Of a stretch of DNA of 64,000 nucleotides, positions 40,229 through 51,101 are shown piece by piece (within the stretch, counting starts at the first letter, position 1; every line of letters starts with the position of its first letter). Source of the stretch: Streptosporangiaceae bacterium (GTDB lineage: Bacteria > Actinomycetota > Actinomycetes > Streptosporangiales > Streptosporangiaceae); NCBI GenBank assembly GCA_030041275.1, contig JASHOE010000287.1, forward strand, positions 12,041 through 76,040. Direction: 5' to 3'. A model generated the notes under the pieces. It was not told the origin of the DNA. It made no database searches and worked only from the letters and a program-made list of their open reading frames with translations. The translations under genes were made by a program, and so were the position numbers.

Positions 40229-43200
40229 GCCACCGCCTCGGCCGCGCGAAGCTCGCTCGCCGGGTCGGGCTGCCGCAGCGCGGTCACGGCGGCCGCCACG
40301 ACGGGCACCGCGGCGAGCGCTGCCGCCAACGGCAGCGCCCAGCCGAGCGGTACCACGACCAGGACGGGCGGCGCTGGCACCGCACCGGTGGCCGTGACGG
40401 TGAGAGCCGGGACCATGACCCGCGCGAGCACGATGCCGATGACGAGTCCGACGGCCGTCGCAGGGATGCTGATCAGCGCTTCTTCCAGGCAGAAGAGCTT
40501 GGCCTGGGCTGTTGCCGGCACTCCGAGCGCGCCGAGCAGCGCATGCTGCGTACGCCGTTCCCGCGCGCTCGCGGCGACGCTGACGCAGAATCCGAGCGCG
40601 GCGAGCAGGGCAACGGCCGCCGCAACGGCGGCGGCGGCGTGCACCGGCGCAGCCGACAGCGGATCGCTCGCGAGGCGGCGCGCGACAGCAGCCGCGTCGG
40701 TCACCGTCCACCCAGCTGGCACACCCGGCGGAGCCGCGCCCGTGACCGTGGTCAGCCACCACTCGGTCACCGGCAGCGAGCCGCCGACGCCAAGACCCGC
40801 GAGCGCGTCCTGCACGGCAGCCTGGTCTGCCACGAGCGCGCCACCGCCGGGAAAAGCTGTCACCGTGGCGACGAGCTGGCAGGAAACCTGCTGACCGGCG
40901 ATCGTGAGGGGAAATTCCTGCGACAGGTGCAGGCCGTTGGCCGCGGCGTACCGGGTGGTGGCGATGACCGGGACTGGGAGTCTGCTCGGCGGGACGTCAA
41001 TGCTCACGTCTGCCTCGCCGGGCTGCGGATTGGCAGCCGAGCCAGGGGGCTGTTGCGGCAGCAGCGGTCCATAGCCGGGCGAGAACGTGATCTGATCTGC
41101 CCCGCCTACGACGCCGCTGAGCTCGATGCTCGACTTGACCGCGCCATCGCTGACCCCGTTGAGCGAGGAGAGCGTGAAGTCAAGCCCGGGATCCGCCGTC
41201 TCTGCCTGCCACGGGTCGATCGCGGCGCCGGTGGCGAACGGCCGCGGGAACGGCCCGGTGGGGTGCTGGCTGACGGAAATGCCGTCGAGCCGCAGTACGG
41301 CTGACTGGCCGACGCGCTTCGCCTGCGCGGTCAGCGGATACGCAGGCATGTTGTAGCTGATCGTGATGCCGATCAGCCGCAGCGGGTAGGCGCTGCCCGC
41401 TGGCAGCAGGCGCGCGACAAGCTCGTGCCGGCTGCCATCCGCGGCCATGGCCGTGGTCTGGACCGAATAGCTGACGCCGTCGGCGTCCTGAACCGTCAGC
41501 GTCGCCGATGCCGGGCCGAGCCCGGCTAGTGCCGCCCGGCCCGATGGGTCGGCCAGGCTGGCGGTGAGCTCGACTTGCGCTGGCCGGCCGGGCAGCACCA
41601 CACCGGGACGGGATCGCGGCGTGATGGTGGCGAAGAGCTGGCTGGCCGACGTGCTCGACAGGTCGGGGCGCAGCGTTACCGTGCGGGCCGCCTGCGCCGC
41701 GTCGAGGACCAGCAGCTGCCCCGAGCCGGCCTGCTGCACCACACTGACCGGCATGGCCGCGGTCACGCCAGGCAGCCTGGCGATGCGTGCCGATTGCGCC
41801 GCCGGAGCGAACTGCGGTGACTGCACGCTGACCTGCGCGCCGGTGGCGAAAGCGGCCTGATCATGGAGCGATTGCCGCCAGCTTTCAAACTGGGCCAGGC
41901 CAAGCGTGCTGGCGCCGACCGCGAGGATCACGAGGAGAGCTGGCCCGCTCTGCCGTAGCGGGCGGCGGCTGATCTCCCAGTTCGCCATCGCAGAGCCGAA
42001 CCGGCTGGTGCGCGCCGTCAGCCGCTCCAGGCCCCTCGCCACGATGGGCAGTAGCCGCAGCGGCACGATGCCGAATCCCGCGAGCGCGAGCGCTGGCGCG
42101 ACCGCGATCACCGGGTCAATCCCGGATCCGCTGGCCACCTGCGCAGCCGCCGAGTAGTTGCGCAACTCGCGTACGGCGAGCAGAGCGAGCACGATCAGTG
42201 CGACGTCGGCGCCGGCCGAGACCGCGATGGCCACCTGCGCCGACCGGCCCCGTCGCGTGCGCGCGTCGCCTGGATGCATCGGCCGCAGCGTGGGCCAGAT
42301 GACGATGCCCAGGCACAGCACGGCGAGGACGGCCGCCGCCAGCCACACCGCCCAGCCGGGTACCGCCGCCTGCGCCGACAGCCCGGTCAGGTGCGAAAGC
42401 AGCACGGCCGACAGCCAACTGCCGACAAGCGCGCCCGCGCCGGCGCTGATGGCAACGGCGACGCTCGCCTCGGCCAGGCTCTGCTTGATCAGCTGCCGAC
42501 GGGCCGCGCCGCGCGCCGCCAGCAGCGCGGTCTCCTCCTCGCGGTAGCTGGCGAGCAGCCTGCTCGCGAGCGCGAGCGCCGCACAGGCGAGCAGGAGCAA
42601 TTCCAGACCGCTGATGATCAGCAGCGACCTGGCCGTGGCCAGTCCGGCCGAGGCATTGCTGAGCAGCTGCGGCATGTCCGTGGTGGCGGTCAGGTAACCA
42701 GAGTTGTCGACCTGGCCCGCGACCTTGCCAATCTGGTGAGCCAACGGCAACAGGTCAGCGGGCCGGATGTCGGCGATCTGCGGCAGCGCAACGACGGAGA
42801 GCTGGGCCGGTGTCAGCAAGCCCTCGGCCGGCCTGCCGAATGCCGCCGGGCTCACCACCGCGGGACCGTAGGTGATGAACCCGCCGGCCACCTCGACGCC
42901 CGTCGGGCCGAGGCCGTCGATCTGCCAGTAGGGGCCGGCTGGCTGAGGGACCCGATACAGCCCGACGACTTGCAGAATGGCCCGGCTACCAGTGCTCGAG
43001 TCACGGACATCGACGACCGAGCCGATGTGCAACCCGAGGCCGTTGGCAGCGGCCGTCGGCAGCGCGACCGGGATCTGCCCGCCGGAGCGCGGGGCAGTCG
43101 GCCACGTGCCGGCCGTCAGGCGGGCGTTGGCCGTCACGCCGCTGACGGCAGCGGCCTGAATAAGAGGCACCTGACCGTCCTGCGGGGGCCTGGGCACGGC

Positions 43201-43491
43201 CAGATCGTTTGACCAGGTAGCGGTGTAGATTCGGGTCGGCACCGCGGTGACCGCGGCCGACAGTCTTCTCGCGACCCGAGCAGCCGACTCGCCCCCGCCA
43301 ATAACACCGTTGACGGCCACCGCCATGGGCCCGGACCTTGGCAGCTCGCTGGCCACGGCCGCGGGTAGCGCGACGGTGTAGAAACTAGCCAGCGCCGACA
43401 CGAGCGCGGACGTGACGACGACCGTGGCTGTCAGGCAGCCGACCAGTAGCCACGCCGACCGCATGCGCCGGATAGTGAAGGATCCGAGCAC
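40225..43491 (-). CDS. ABC transporter permease with two FtsX-type modules (~1090 aa)
   Basis: FtsX signatures YREEETALLAARGAARRQLIKQSLAEA and ARERRTQHALLGALGVPATAQAKLFCLEE. N-terminal TM WLLVGCLTATVVVTSALVSAL. Start uncertain: GTG 43491 lies 7 nt after AGGGG, and the ORF opens at 43557. Confidence 0.8.
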   Translation of the reverse strand: MLGSFTIRRMRSAWLLVGCLTATVVVTSALVSALASFYTVALPAAVASELPRSGPMAVAVNGVIGGGESAARVARRLSAAVTAVPTRIYTATWSNDLAVPRPPQDGQVPLIQAAAVSGVTANARLTAGTWPTAPRSGGQIPVALPTAAANGLGLHIGSVVDVRDSSTGSRAILQVVGLYRVPQPAGPYWQIDGLGPTGVEVAGGFITYGPAVVSPAAFGRPAEGLLTPAQLSVVALPQIADIRPADLLPLAHQIGKVAGQVDNSGYLTATTDMPQLLSNASAGLATARSLLIISGLELLLLACAALALASRLLASYREEETALLAARGAARRQLIKQSLAEASVAVAISAGAGALVGSWLSAVLLSHLTGLSAQAAVPGWAVWLAAAVLAVLCLGIVIWPTLRPMHPGDARTRRGRSAQVAIAVSAGADVALIVLALLAVRELRNYSAAAQVASGSGIDPVIAVAPALALAGFGIVPLRLLPIVARGLERLTARTSRFGSAMANWEISRRPLRQSGPALLVILAVGASTLGLAQFESWRQSLHDQAAFATGAQVSVQSPQFAPAAQSARIARLPGVTAAMPVSVVQQAGSGQLLVLDAAQAARTVTLRPDLSSTSASQLFATITPRSRPGVVLPGRPAQVELTASLADPSGRAALAGLGPASATLTVQDADGVSYSVQTTAMAADGSRHELVARLLPAGSAYPLRLIGITISYNMPAYPLTAQAKRVGQSAVLRLDGISVSQHPTGPFPRPFATGAAIDPWQAETADPGLDFTLSSLNGVSDGAVKSSIELSGVVGGADQITFSPGYGPLLPQQPPGSAANPQPGEADVSIDVPPSRLPVPVIATTRYAAANGLHLSQEFPLTIAGQQVSCQLVATVTAFPGGGALVADQAAVQDALAGLGVGGSLPVTEWWLTTVTGAAPPGVPAGWTVTDAAAVARRLASDPLSAAPVHAAAAVAAAVALLAALGFCVSVAASARERRTQHALLGALGVPATAQAKLFCLEEALISIPATAVGLVIGIVLARVMVPALTVTATGAVPAPPVLVVVPLGWALPLAAALAAVPVVAAAVTALRQPDPASELRAAEAVA

Positions 43492-43643
43492 GCCCCTGCC
43501 CCTGGTTTCTCCCACCGAATGCCGACTGGCCCAACTGAACAGTACGCAGCACGACACGCAGGTAGGAAGAATTCGTAGTAAATGGTTACCAGACCGTTGG
43601 CTTTCCGTTCTCCGGGGCCAGGAAGATCACCAAGGCCGGCCCG

Positions 43644-44642
43644 CTAGTGCTGAATGTGCGGGCCGGTGCCTGGCGGCGGTTCCTCCGGCTGGGCCATGAC
43701 GCGGTGCTGGCCGGGAGGTACGGCGCCCAAGATCCCCCCGGCCGCGAGTTCCGCGGCAGTCGCCCGGGCAGACCGGGGCCGCAACACGCGCGCCATGGGC
43801 GCGCCGACTGAGGGCTCTGCCGCCCGCGGTGCGGTCACCGCGAAGCGCAGCTGGTGGCGCCTGGTGGCGACCAGATAGGCGCAGGCGGCAGCCAGCACGA
43901 CGAGCATCGCCACCATGTTGGTGCGCAGCCCGAACAGCCGCGGCGAATAGTCGATCCGCAGGCCCTGGATCGCCGCACCAACCGCGGTCCACAGCGCCGC
44001 ATAGACCGCGAACGCCCGGTCCCCCGACAGTGCGAACTTCCGGATCGCGAGGGTGACCGCGACCGCGACCAGCAGGTCAAGCAGGGACTCGTAGAGGAAC
44101 AAGGGCTGGAAGGTGGCAGCCGACTGAAAACCCGCCGCGCGGTGCTGCGGCGCTATCGCCACAGCCCACGGCAGTCCCGACGGCGAGCCATAGAGTTCCT
44201 GGCTAAACCAGTTCCCCCACACCGAGATGGCCTGGGCAACCGCGAGCGCGGGCGCCGCGGCCAGCGCTACCGGCGCCACCTCCACCCCGGTCCGGCGGCA
44301 GTAGGCCCACGCGGCGATCGCGCCGGCGGCGACGGCAGCCGCGACCCCCATTCCCCCATCCCAGACCCGCAAGAGGTCGGTCCAGTCCCGGCCGGGGCCG
44401 AAGTAGCGGTGGAAGTCGGTCAGCACGCTGTAGGTCCGAGCGCCAATCAGGCCCACCGGGACTGCCACGGTCGCGATATCAAGGATGACGCCGGGCCCGC
44501 CGCCGGCCTGCCGGTACCGCCGGTCGGTGAGCCACAGCCCCGCGAGCACGGCCGCCAGCACGCACACGGCGTACGCCCGCACCGGGATCAAGCCCAGGTG
44601 CCAGACTCCGCTGGCCGGGCTCGGCAGGTAGGCCACCGTCAT
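43644..44642 (-). CDS. lgt: Prolipoprotein diacylglyceryl transferase
   Basis: IPVRAYAVCVLAAVLAGLWL, IGARTYSVL, GGMGVAAAV, GNWFSQELYG are Lgt signature blocks, with a C-terminal non-conserved tail. Confidence 0.9.
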   Translation of the reverse strand: MTVAYLPSPASGVWHLGLIPVRAYAVCVLAAVLAGLWLTDRRYRQAGGGPGVILDIATVAVPVGLIGARTYSVLTDFHRYFGPGRDWTDLLRVWDGGMGVAAAVAAGAIAAWAYCRRTGVEVAPVALAAAPALAVAQAISVWGNWFSQELYGSPSGLPWAVAIAPQHRAAGFQSAATFQPLFLYESLLDLLVAVAVTLAIRKFALSGDRAFAVYAALWTAVGAAIQGLRIDYSPRLFGLRTNMVAMLVVLAAACAYLVATRRHQLRFAVTAPRAAEPSVGAPMARVLRPRSARATAAELAAGGILGAVPPGQHRVMAQPEEPPPGTGPHIQH

Positions 44643-44728
44643 GCTTGGACGTTACCCGCCTGCCCGCGGCACCGGACCTCGGTTGCCCGGCTAGTGAGCT
44701 GTTCGTGGCCGGGCCCCGCCGGAACCGG

Positions 44729-46189
44729 CTAGCGCAGCGGCGCAGTCGCCGGGCCGATCGGCGCCGGCAGCGACGTCTCCCCGCACAAGTATTCGTCGAC
44801 GGCAGCAGCGGCGGACCTGCCCTCGGCGATCGCCCAGACGATGAGCGACTGCCCGCGACCGGCGTCGCCGGCGACGAACACCCCAGGCACTGAGGTGGCG
44901 AAGCTGCCGTCCCTGGCGACGTTGCCCCGGCCGTCGAACTCCACCCCGAGCCCGGTGAGCAGCGGCCCGCGCTCGGCGCCGGTGAACCCCATGGCCAGTA
45001 GCACCAGGTCGCACCGAACTTCCCGCTCGGTCCCTGGAACCGGCGCGAAGCCGCCGGCTGACGGCGTGACCTCCGTGAGCACCAGACCGCTGACCTGGCC
45101 AGCGTCATCGCCGACGAATCGCTGCGTGGACGCGGCATAGACCCGCTCGCCGCCCTCCTCGTGCGCGCCGGAGACGCGGAAGATCGCCGGGTAGGTCGGC
45201 CACGGCTGACTGGCCGGCCGACGGTCAGGCGGGCGCGGCAGGATCTCCAGCTGCGTGACCGACGCGGCGCCCTGCCGGAGCGCAGTGCCGAGGCAGTCCG
45301 CGCCGGTGTCACCGCCGCCGATGATGACGGTGTGCCGTCCCCTGGCGGAAATCGCCGGCTCACCCGCTGCGGTCGCGACCGCACGGTTGGCCAGCGGCAG
45401 GTAGTCCATCGCCTGATGAATCCCGCCGAAGTCGGCGCCTGGCACCTCCAGACCGCGCGGCACGGTCGCGCCGCAGGCCAGCACGACGGCCGCGTAGTCG
45501 GTACGCAGCTCCGCCGCGGTAACGTCCACCCCGGCCTCGATCCCGCACCGGAATTCGGTGCCCTCGGCCAGCATCTGAATCAGCCGGCGGTCGAGGTGCC
45601 GCTTCTCCATCTTGAACTCGGGGATCCCGTACCGCAGCAGCCCGCCAGGGGCGTCCGCGCGCTCGAAGACGGTCACCGTGTGCCCGGCCCTGGTCAGCTG
45701 CTGCGCCGCGGCGAGCCCGGCCGGACCGGACCCGATCACGGCGACCTTCTGGCCGGCCGCCTGCGCGCCCGGCGAGGGCCGCCGCGGCGGGACCCAGCCC
45801 TCGGCCCAGGCCCGGTTGATGATCTCGACCTCGACCTGCTTGATGGTCACCGGATCCTGGCTGATGCCGAGCACGCACGCGGACTCGCACGGCGCGGGGC
45901 ACAGCCGACCGGTGAACTCCGGAAAGTTGTTGGTAGCGTGCAGCCGCTCAGCCGCCGCTCGCCAGTCCCCCGAGTGCACCAGGTCGTTCCACTCCGGGAT
46001 GAGGTTGCCGAGCGGGCAGCCGGAGTGGCAGAACGGGATGCCGCAGTCCATGCACCGGCCAGCCTGCCGCTCGAGCTGGTCGGCGCCGAACTCGGTGTAC
46101 ACCTCCCGCCAGTCGGTGATGCGCACGTCGACCGGTCGCCTGGTGGGCGTCTTACGCGGCGTGGTCAGGAATCCCCTGGGATCAGCCAT
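44729..46189 (-). CDS. gltD: Glutamate synthase small (NADPH) subunit
   Basis: Fe-S cysteines CMDCGIPFCHSGCPLGN, dinucleotide folds VAVIGSGPAGLAAAQQL and VIIGGGDTGADC. Confidence 0.95.
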   Translation of the reverse strand: MADPRGFLTTPRKTPTRRPVDVRITDWREVYTEFGADQLERQAGRCMDCGIPFCHSGCPLGNLIPEWNDLVHSGDWRAAAERLHATNNFPEFTGRLCPAPCESACVLGISQDPVTIKQVEVEIINRAWAEGWVPPRRPSPGAQAAGQKVAVIGSGPAGLAAAQQLTRAGHTVTVFERADAPGGLLRYGIPEFKMEKRHLDRRLIQMLAEGTEFRCGIEAGVDVTAAELRTDYAAVVLACGATVPRGLEVPGADFGGIHQAMDYLPLANRAVATAAGEPAISARGRHTVIIGGGDTGADCLGTALRQGAASVTQLEILPRPPDRRPASQPWPTYPAIFRVSGAHEEGGERVYAASTQRFVGDDAGQVSGLVLTEVTPSAGGFAPVPGTEREVRCDLVLLAMGFTGAERGPLLTGLGVEFDGRGNVARDGSFATSVPGVFVAGDAGRGQSLIVWAIAEGRSAAAAVDEYLCGETSLPAPIGPATAPLR

Positions 46190-46200
46190 CGACAGCTCCC

Positions 46201-49200
46201 TCAGCCACTTGCCGCGGCCATGACGGCCTCGCTCACATCGACACCGTCCAGCTCGGCCCGCCGCGCCGCGTCGAGCACGCGCTTGTAGTCCCTAGGCATG
46301 ACCCGCGCGAACCTCGGCAGCGCGGCGTCCCAGTCCGCCAGCAGGCTCGCCGCAACGGCCGAGCCGGTCTCGGCGCTGTGGCGAGCGATCAGTTCGCGCA
46401 GGAAGTCCGCGTCGTCGGCAGTCAGCGGCTCGAGGTTGACCATTTCGGTGTTCACGTTGCGCGGATCCGGGTCGAGCAGGTACGCGATGCCACCCGACAT
46501 CCCGGCCGCGAAGTTGCGACCGACCGGACCGAGTACCACCACCCGGCCGCCGGTCATGTACTCGCAGCCGTGATCTCCGGTGCCCTCCGCCACCGCCGTC
46601 GCCCCGGAGTTCCGCACGCAGAACCGCTCGCCGACGACGCCGCGCAGCAGCATCTCCCCGCTGGTTGCCCCGTAGCCGATGACGTTCCCGGCGAGGATGT
46701 TGTGCTCGGCTGCGAAGGCCACCGACGACCCCGGTGCGGCGACGATCCGGCCACCCGACAGGCCCTTGCCGAGGTAATCGTTGGCGTCACCGCGCAGGCG
46801 CAGGGTGATCCCTGTGGGCAGGAACGCGCCGAGCGACTGGCCGGCCGAGCCGGTCAGCTCCACCTCGATGGTGTCGTCGGGGAGCCCTTCGCCACCCCAG
46901 CGCCGGGTCAGCTCGCTGCCCAGCATCGTCCCGACGGTGCGGTTCACATTCCGCACCGGCAGCTCGAGCCGTACCGGGGTGCCGTGCGTCAGGGCACCCT
47001 CCGCCAGCAGGATCAGGGTGTTGTCCAGCGCGTCTTCCAGGCCGTGATCCTGCCCGCGCACGCTGTGCCTGGCGGCATCCGCTGGCAGGTCGGGAACGTG
47101 CAGCACGGGGCGAAGGTCCAGGCCTGCCGCCTTCCAGTGGCCGATCGCCGCGGTCGCGTCAAGCAACTCCGCGTGGCCGACAGCCTCTTGCAGCGTGCGG
47201 AAGCCCAGCGCGGCGAGGTACTCCCGCACCTCCTGCGCGAGGAACTCGAAGAAGTTGACGATGAACTCCGGCTTGCCGGTGAACCGGCGGCGCAGCTCAG
47301 GGTTCTGCGTGGCCACGCCGACGGGACAGGTGTCCAGGTGACAGACCCGCATGAGCACACATCCTGCGACCACCAGCGGCGCGGTCGCGAATCCGAATTC
47401 CTCCGCGCCGAGCAGGGTCGCGACGATGACGTCGCGGCCAGTCTTGAGCTGGCCGTCGACCTGCACCACGATCCGATCCCGCAGCCCGTTCCTGAGCAAC
47501 GTCTGCTGGGTCTCGGCAAGCCCGATCTCCCACGGCGCCCCGGCGTGCTTGATGCTGGTGAGCGGCGATGCGCCGGTTCCGCCGTCATGCCCGGAGATCA
47601 GCACGACGTCGGCGTGTGCTTTCGACACGCCCGCCGCGACCGTCCCGACGCCCATCTCGGCGACGAGCTTCACGTGCACGCGCGCGAGCGGGTTCGCGTT
47701 CTTCAGGTCGTGGATGAGCTGTGCCAGGTCCTCGATGGAGTAGATGTCGTGGTGCGGCGGCGGCGAGATGAGGCCGACGCCAGGAGTGGAGTACCTCGTT
47801 GCCGCGATCCACGGGTACACCTTGTTGCCTGGCAGCTGGCCGCCCTCGCCCGGCTTTGCCCCCTGCGCCATCTTGATCTGCAGATCGTCCGCGTTGACCA
47901 GGTACTCGCTGGTGACCCCGAACCGGCCGCTGGCGACCTGCTTGACCGCAGAGCGGCGCAGGTCGCCGTTCGGGTCCGGCAGGTACCGGCGGGCGTCCTC
48001 GCCACCCTCACCGGTGTTGGACCGGCCGCCGATCCGGTTCATCGCGATCGCGATTGTCTCGTGCGCCTCGGCAGAGATCGACCCGTACGACATCGCCCCG
48101 GTGGCAAACCGGGTCACGATGCTGGCGATAGGCTCGACCTCGTCGACGCTGATCGGCTCGCGCGACGGCGCATCGTCCGCCGGGATGCCGGGCACCCGGT
48201 CGTCGATGCCGCGGATACGCAGCAGGCCACGCAGCGTCATCAGGCTGGCGGCCTGATCATCGACCAGCCTGGTGTATTCACGGAATACCTGGTCTTGCCC
48301 GCTGCGCGTCGCGTGCTGAAGCTTGAAGACAGCCTCCGGGCTGAACAGGTGCGGCTCGCCTTCGCGGCGCCACTGATACTCGCCGCCGGTTTCCAGCCGC
48401 CGGTGCGGCCGACCGCCGCGCTGCGGGTAGGCGATCGCGTGCCGCCTGCCGACCTCCGCCGCGATCTCGGCGAAACCGATGCCGCCGAGCGGCGAGGAGG
48501 TCCCGGCGAAACACGAGTCGACGACCTCGCGCCCGAGTCCGGTCGCCTCGAATAGCTGGGCACCGGTGTAGGACGCGACAGTGGATACGCCCATCTTGGA
48601 CATGATCTTGAGCACACCCTTGCCCAGCGCCTTGATCAGGTTGGCGCCCGCCTGCCGCTCCGTGACCTCGCGCAGCAAGCCACGCCTGACCATCTCCTCG
48701 ACCGTCTCAATCGCCAGGTACGGGCACACCGCGGCCGCGCCGTAGCCGAGCAGCAGTGCGATGTGGTGGCACTCGCGAGCATCGCCAGACTCCACGATCA
48801 GCCCCACCCTGGTCCTGGTCTGCTCGGCGATCAGGTGGTGGTGTACCGCGCCGGTCAGAAGCAGCGACGGGATCGGCGCCAGATGCTCGTCGGCCAGTTC
48901 GGCCGTCGGCGGCAGCCCGCCTGCATGCCCGCCGCCGGCGTCGGCGCCACGGTCAGACAGCACGATCAGGCGCGCGCCTGCCGCGATCGCACCGGACACC
49001 TGCGCCCTGATCTCGGCCAGCCGCGCGAGCAGCGCCGCGCCGCCGCCTGCGGCCTCGTACCGGCCGTCGACCACGTGCGCAGCGAAGCCGGGCAGGTCTC
49101 CGTCATCGTTGATGTGCACGATCTTGGCCAGGTCGTTGTCATCGATCACCGGGTACGGCAGCACGATCTGGCGGCAGGACGCCGGGCCCGGCTCGAGCAG

Positions 49201-50877
49201 GTTGTACTCGGGCCCGGTCGCGGTGCCGAGCGCGGTGACAAGCTCCTCCCGGATGGCGTCCAGAGGCGGGTTCGTGACCTGCGCGAACAGCTGGGAGAAG
49301 TAGTCATACAGCAGCCGTGGCCGCTCTGATAGCACCGCCAGCGGGGTGTCGGTGCCCATCGAACCCAGCGGCTCCGCGCCGGCGCGTGCCATCGGTGCAA
49401 GCAATATCCGCAGGTCTTCTTCGGTGTAGCCGAACAGCTGCTGCTGAACGAGCAGCACCCGGCTGTCCGGGAGTTCCCGCGTCCGCTCGGGCAGGTTGCG
49501 CAGGTGAACCATGCCCGCGTGCAGCCACTCCGCGTACGGGTGCTCGGCGGCCAGGGTGGCTTTGACTTCTTCGTCCTCGATGATCCGCCCGGCCGCGGTG
49601 TCGGCGAGGAAGATGCGGCCTGGCTGCAGGCGACCCTTCCGCACGATCCGGTCGGCCGGGATATCCAGCACGCCAACCTCGCTGGCGAGCACCACCAGGC
49701 CGTCGTCGGTCACCCAGTACCGGCCGGGCCGGAGCCCATTGCGGTCGAGCACGGCGCCGATCACCGTGCCATCGGTGAACGCGATGAGCGCCGGACCGTC
49801 CCAGGGCTCCATCAGCGAGGCGTGGAATCGGTAGAACTCGCGCCGGGCCGGGTCCATGTGCGGGTTGTTCTCCCACGGCTCCGGGATCATCATGAGCACC
49901 GCCTGCGGCAGCGACCGGCCCCCGAGGTGGAGGAGTTCCAGGCACGCGTCAAAGCTCGCGGAGTCGCTGACCGTGTCGTCCATGAGCGGCAGTAGCCGGT
50001 CAATGCCGCGCCCGGCGGTGTCCGTACCGAACACGTCGGTGGCTAGCTGTGCCTCCCTGGCTCGCATCCAGTTGCGGTTGCCGCGGATGGTGTTGATCTC
50101 GCCGTTGTGGGCGATCATCCGGTAGGGATGCGCGAGTGGCCAGGATGGGAACGTGTTGGTCGAGAAGCGCGCGTGCACCAGGGCGATGGCCGACGTGTAC
50201 AGCGGATCCGACAGATCGGGGAAGAACGACTCCAGTTGCAGAGCCGTGAGCATGCCTTTGTACACGATCGTCGTGCTCGACAGGCTGGCGAGGTACAGCC
50301 CGGTCTCGTGCTCGGCCCGCTTCCGCAGGCAGTAGGCCTTGCGATCAAGCGCCGGGCCGCTCTGGCCGGCCAGCCCGGAGACGACAAGCTGGACCAGCCG
50401 CGGCATGACCGCCCGGGCCCCGCTTCCGCAGAACGCCGGATCGTGCGGCAAATCGCGCCACCCGAGCACGGCGAGCCCCTCCTCGGCGGCGATCTGCGCG
50501 ACCGCTTCTCGCACCGCGGCGTGCTCCGGCCCAGTGGGGAGGAATGCGAGCCCGACCGCGTAGCTGCCCGCAGGTGGAAGATCAAATTCACAGCGGGCTC
50601 GCAGCAGCGCGTCGGGGATCTGGGTGAGAATGCCCGCCCCGTCGCCGACGTCGGGGTCGGCACCCTTTGCGCCTCGGTGATCCAGATTGCGCAGCACGGT
50701 GAGCGCGCTCGCAACCGTCTCGTGCTTGCGCTCGCCCGACAGGTCGGCCACGAAGCCGACGCCGCACGCGTCGTGCTCGTTCCTGGCGTCGTAAAGGCCG
50801 GTACCGAGCTGAGCTGTGGCGGACTGGACTGTGCTTGCCCTGGGAACAGCGCATGCCTGCGGGGTGGCAGCTGCCAT
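46201..50877 (-). CDS. gltB: Glutamate synthase large subunit
   Basis: Ntn amidotransferase start ...[15 protein letters not shown] domain and C-terminal GXGXG beta-helix. Start placed at ATG 50877. The ORF opens at 51009 with a non-conserved extension. Confidence 0.95.
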   Translation of the reverse strand: MAAATPQACAVPRASTVQSATAQLGTGLYDARNEHDACGVGFVADLSGERKHETVASALTVLRNLDHRGAKGADPDVGDGAGILTQIPDALLRARCEFDLPPAGSYAVGLAFLPTGPEHAAVREAVAQIAAEEGLAVLGWRDLPHDPAFCGSGARAVMPRLVQLVVSGLAGQSGPALDRKAYCLRKRAEHETGLYLASLSSTTIVYKGMLTALQLESFFPDLSDPLYTSAIALVHARFSTNTFPSWPLAHPYRMIAHNGEINTIRGNRNWMRAREAQLATDVFGTDTAGRGIDRLLPLMDDTVSDSASFDACLELLHLGGRSLPQAVLMMIPEPWENNPHMDPARREFYRFHASLMEPWDGPALIAFTDGTVIGAVLDRNGLRPGRYWVTDDGLVVLASEVGVLDIPADRIVRKGRLQPGRIFLADTAAGRIIEDEEVKATLAAEHPYAEWLHAGMVHLRNLPERTRELPDSRVLLVQQQLFGYTEEDLRILLAPMARAGAEPLGSMGTDTPLAVLSERPRLLYDYFSQLFAQVTNPPLDAIREELVTALGTATGPEYNLLEPGPASCRQIVLPYPVIDDNDLAKIVHINDDGDLPGFAAHVVDGRYEAAGGGAALLARLAEIRAQVSGAIAAGARLIVLSDRGADAGGGHAGGLPPTAELADEHLAPIPSLLLTGAVHHHLIAEQTRTRVGLIVESGDARECHHIALLLGYGAAAVCPYLAIETVEEMVRRGLLREVTERQAGANLIKALGKGVLKIMSKMGVSTVASYTGAQLFEATGLGREVVDSCFAGTSSPLGGIGFAEIAAEVGRRHAIAYPQRGGRPHRRLETGGEYQWRREGEPHLFSPEAVFKLQHATRSGQDQVFREYTRLVDDQAASLMTLRGLLRIRGIDDRVPGIPADDAPSREPISVDEVEPIASIVTRFATGAMSYGSISAEAHETIAIAMNRIGGRSNTGEGGEDARRYLPDPNGDLRRSAVKQVASGRFGVTSEYLVNADDLQIKMAQGAKPGEGGQLPGNKVYPWIAATRYSTPGVGLISPPPHHDIYSIEDLAQLIHDLKNANPLARVHVKLVAEMGVGTVAAGVSKAHADVVLISGHDGGTGASPLTSIKHAGAPWEIGLAETQQTLLRNGLRDRIVVQVDGQLKTGRDVIVATLLGAEEFGFATAPLVVAGCVLMRVCHLDTCPVGVATQNPELRRRFTGKPEFIVNFFEFLAQEVREYLAALGFRTLQEAVGHAELLDATAAIGHWKAAGLDLRPVLHVPDLPADAARHSVRGQDHGLEDALDNTLILLAEGALTHGTPVRLELPVRNVNRTVGTMLGSELTRRWGGEGLPDDTIEVELTGSAGQSLGAFLPTGITLRLRGDANDYLGKGLSGGRIVAAPGSSVAFAAEHNILAGNVIGYGATSGEMLLRGVVGERFCVRNSGATAVAEGTGDHGCEYMTGGRVVVLGPVGRNFAAGMSGGIAYLLDPDPRNVNTEMVNLEPLTADDADFLRELIARHSAETGSAVAASLLADWDAALPRFARVMPRDYKRVLDAARRAELDGVDVSEAVMAAASG

Positions 50878-51101
50878 CCAGTGAGCTCCCGTCGTCTCGT
50901 CGCGGCCGCGCCATCGGTGATGGAGCGGTGGTGGGATCGGGACGACTCTGGCCCTGATCAGTGTCACGCGGGACGACTCTGGCCCTGCCGTGCGCGCCCG
51001 CAGGGGCATAACGCACGTGTTTCAGAATTATAAACCAGCGCGTCAGGCCGGTGCCGGGTCCCGCTTACGTGAACATGCCCCGGGTGAGCATGATCACCCT
51101 G

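Noticed and set aside
40229-40762. N-terminal extensions of ORF-track entries (permease 2; likewise rpsA to 25593, gltB to 51009, tyrA to 8133, coaE to 23913, ATPase 2 to 36551)
   Set aside because: The extensions are Arg/Pro-rich and overlap upstream genes. They are replaced by internal starts that give ATGA/GTGA coupling or begin at conserved N-terminal motifs.
34796-43643. tRNA-flanked genomic island (tRNA-like gene, then SDR plus the ABC module up to lgt)
   Set aside because: No integrase is present. The only downstream similarity to the tRNA 3' end is a 7-nt CCGGGGC match near 43611, which is expected by chance at this GC content.
46378-48555. 725-aa ORF on the plus strand (and several others inside 46201-51033)
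   Set aside because: Antisense or out-of-frame shadows of gltB, whose identity is secure.
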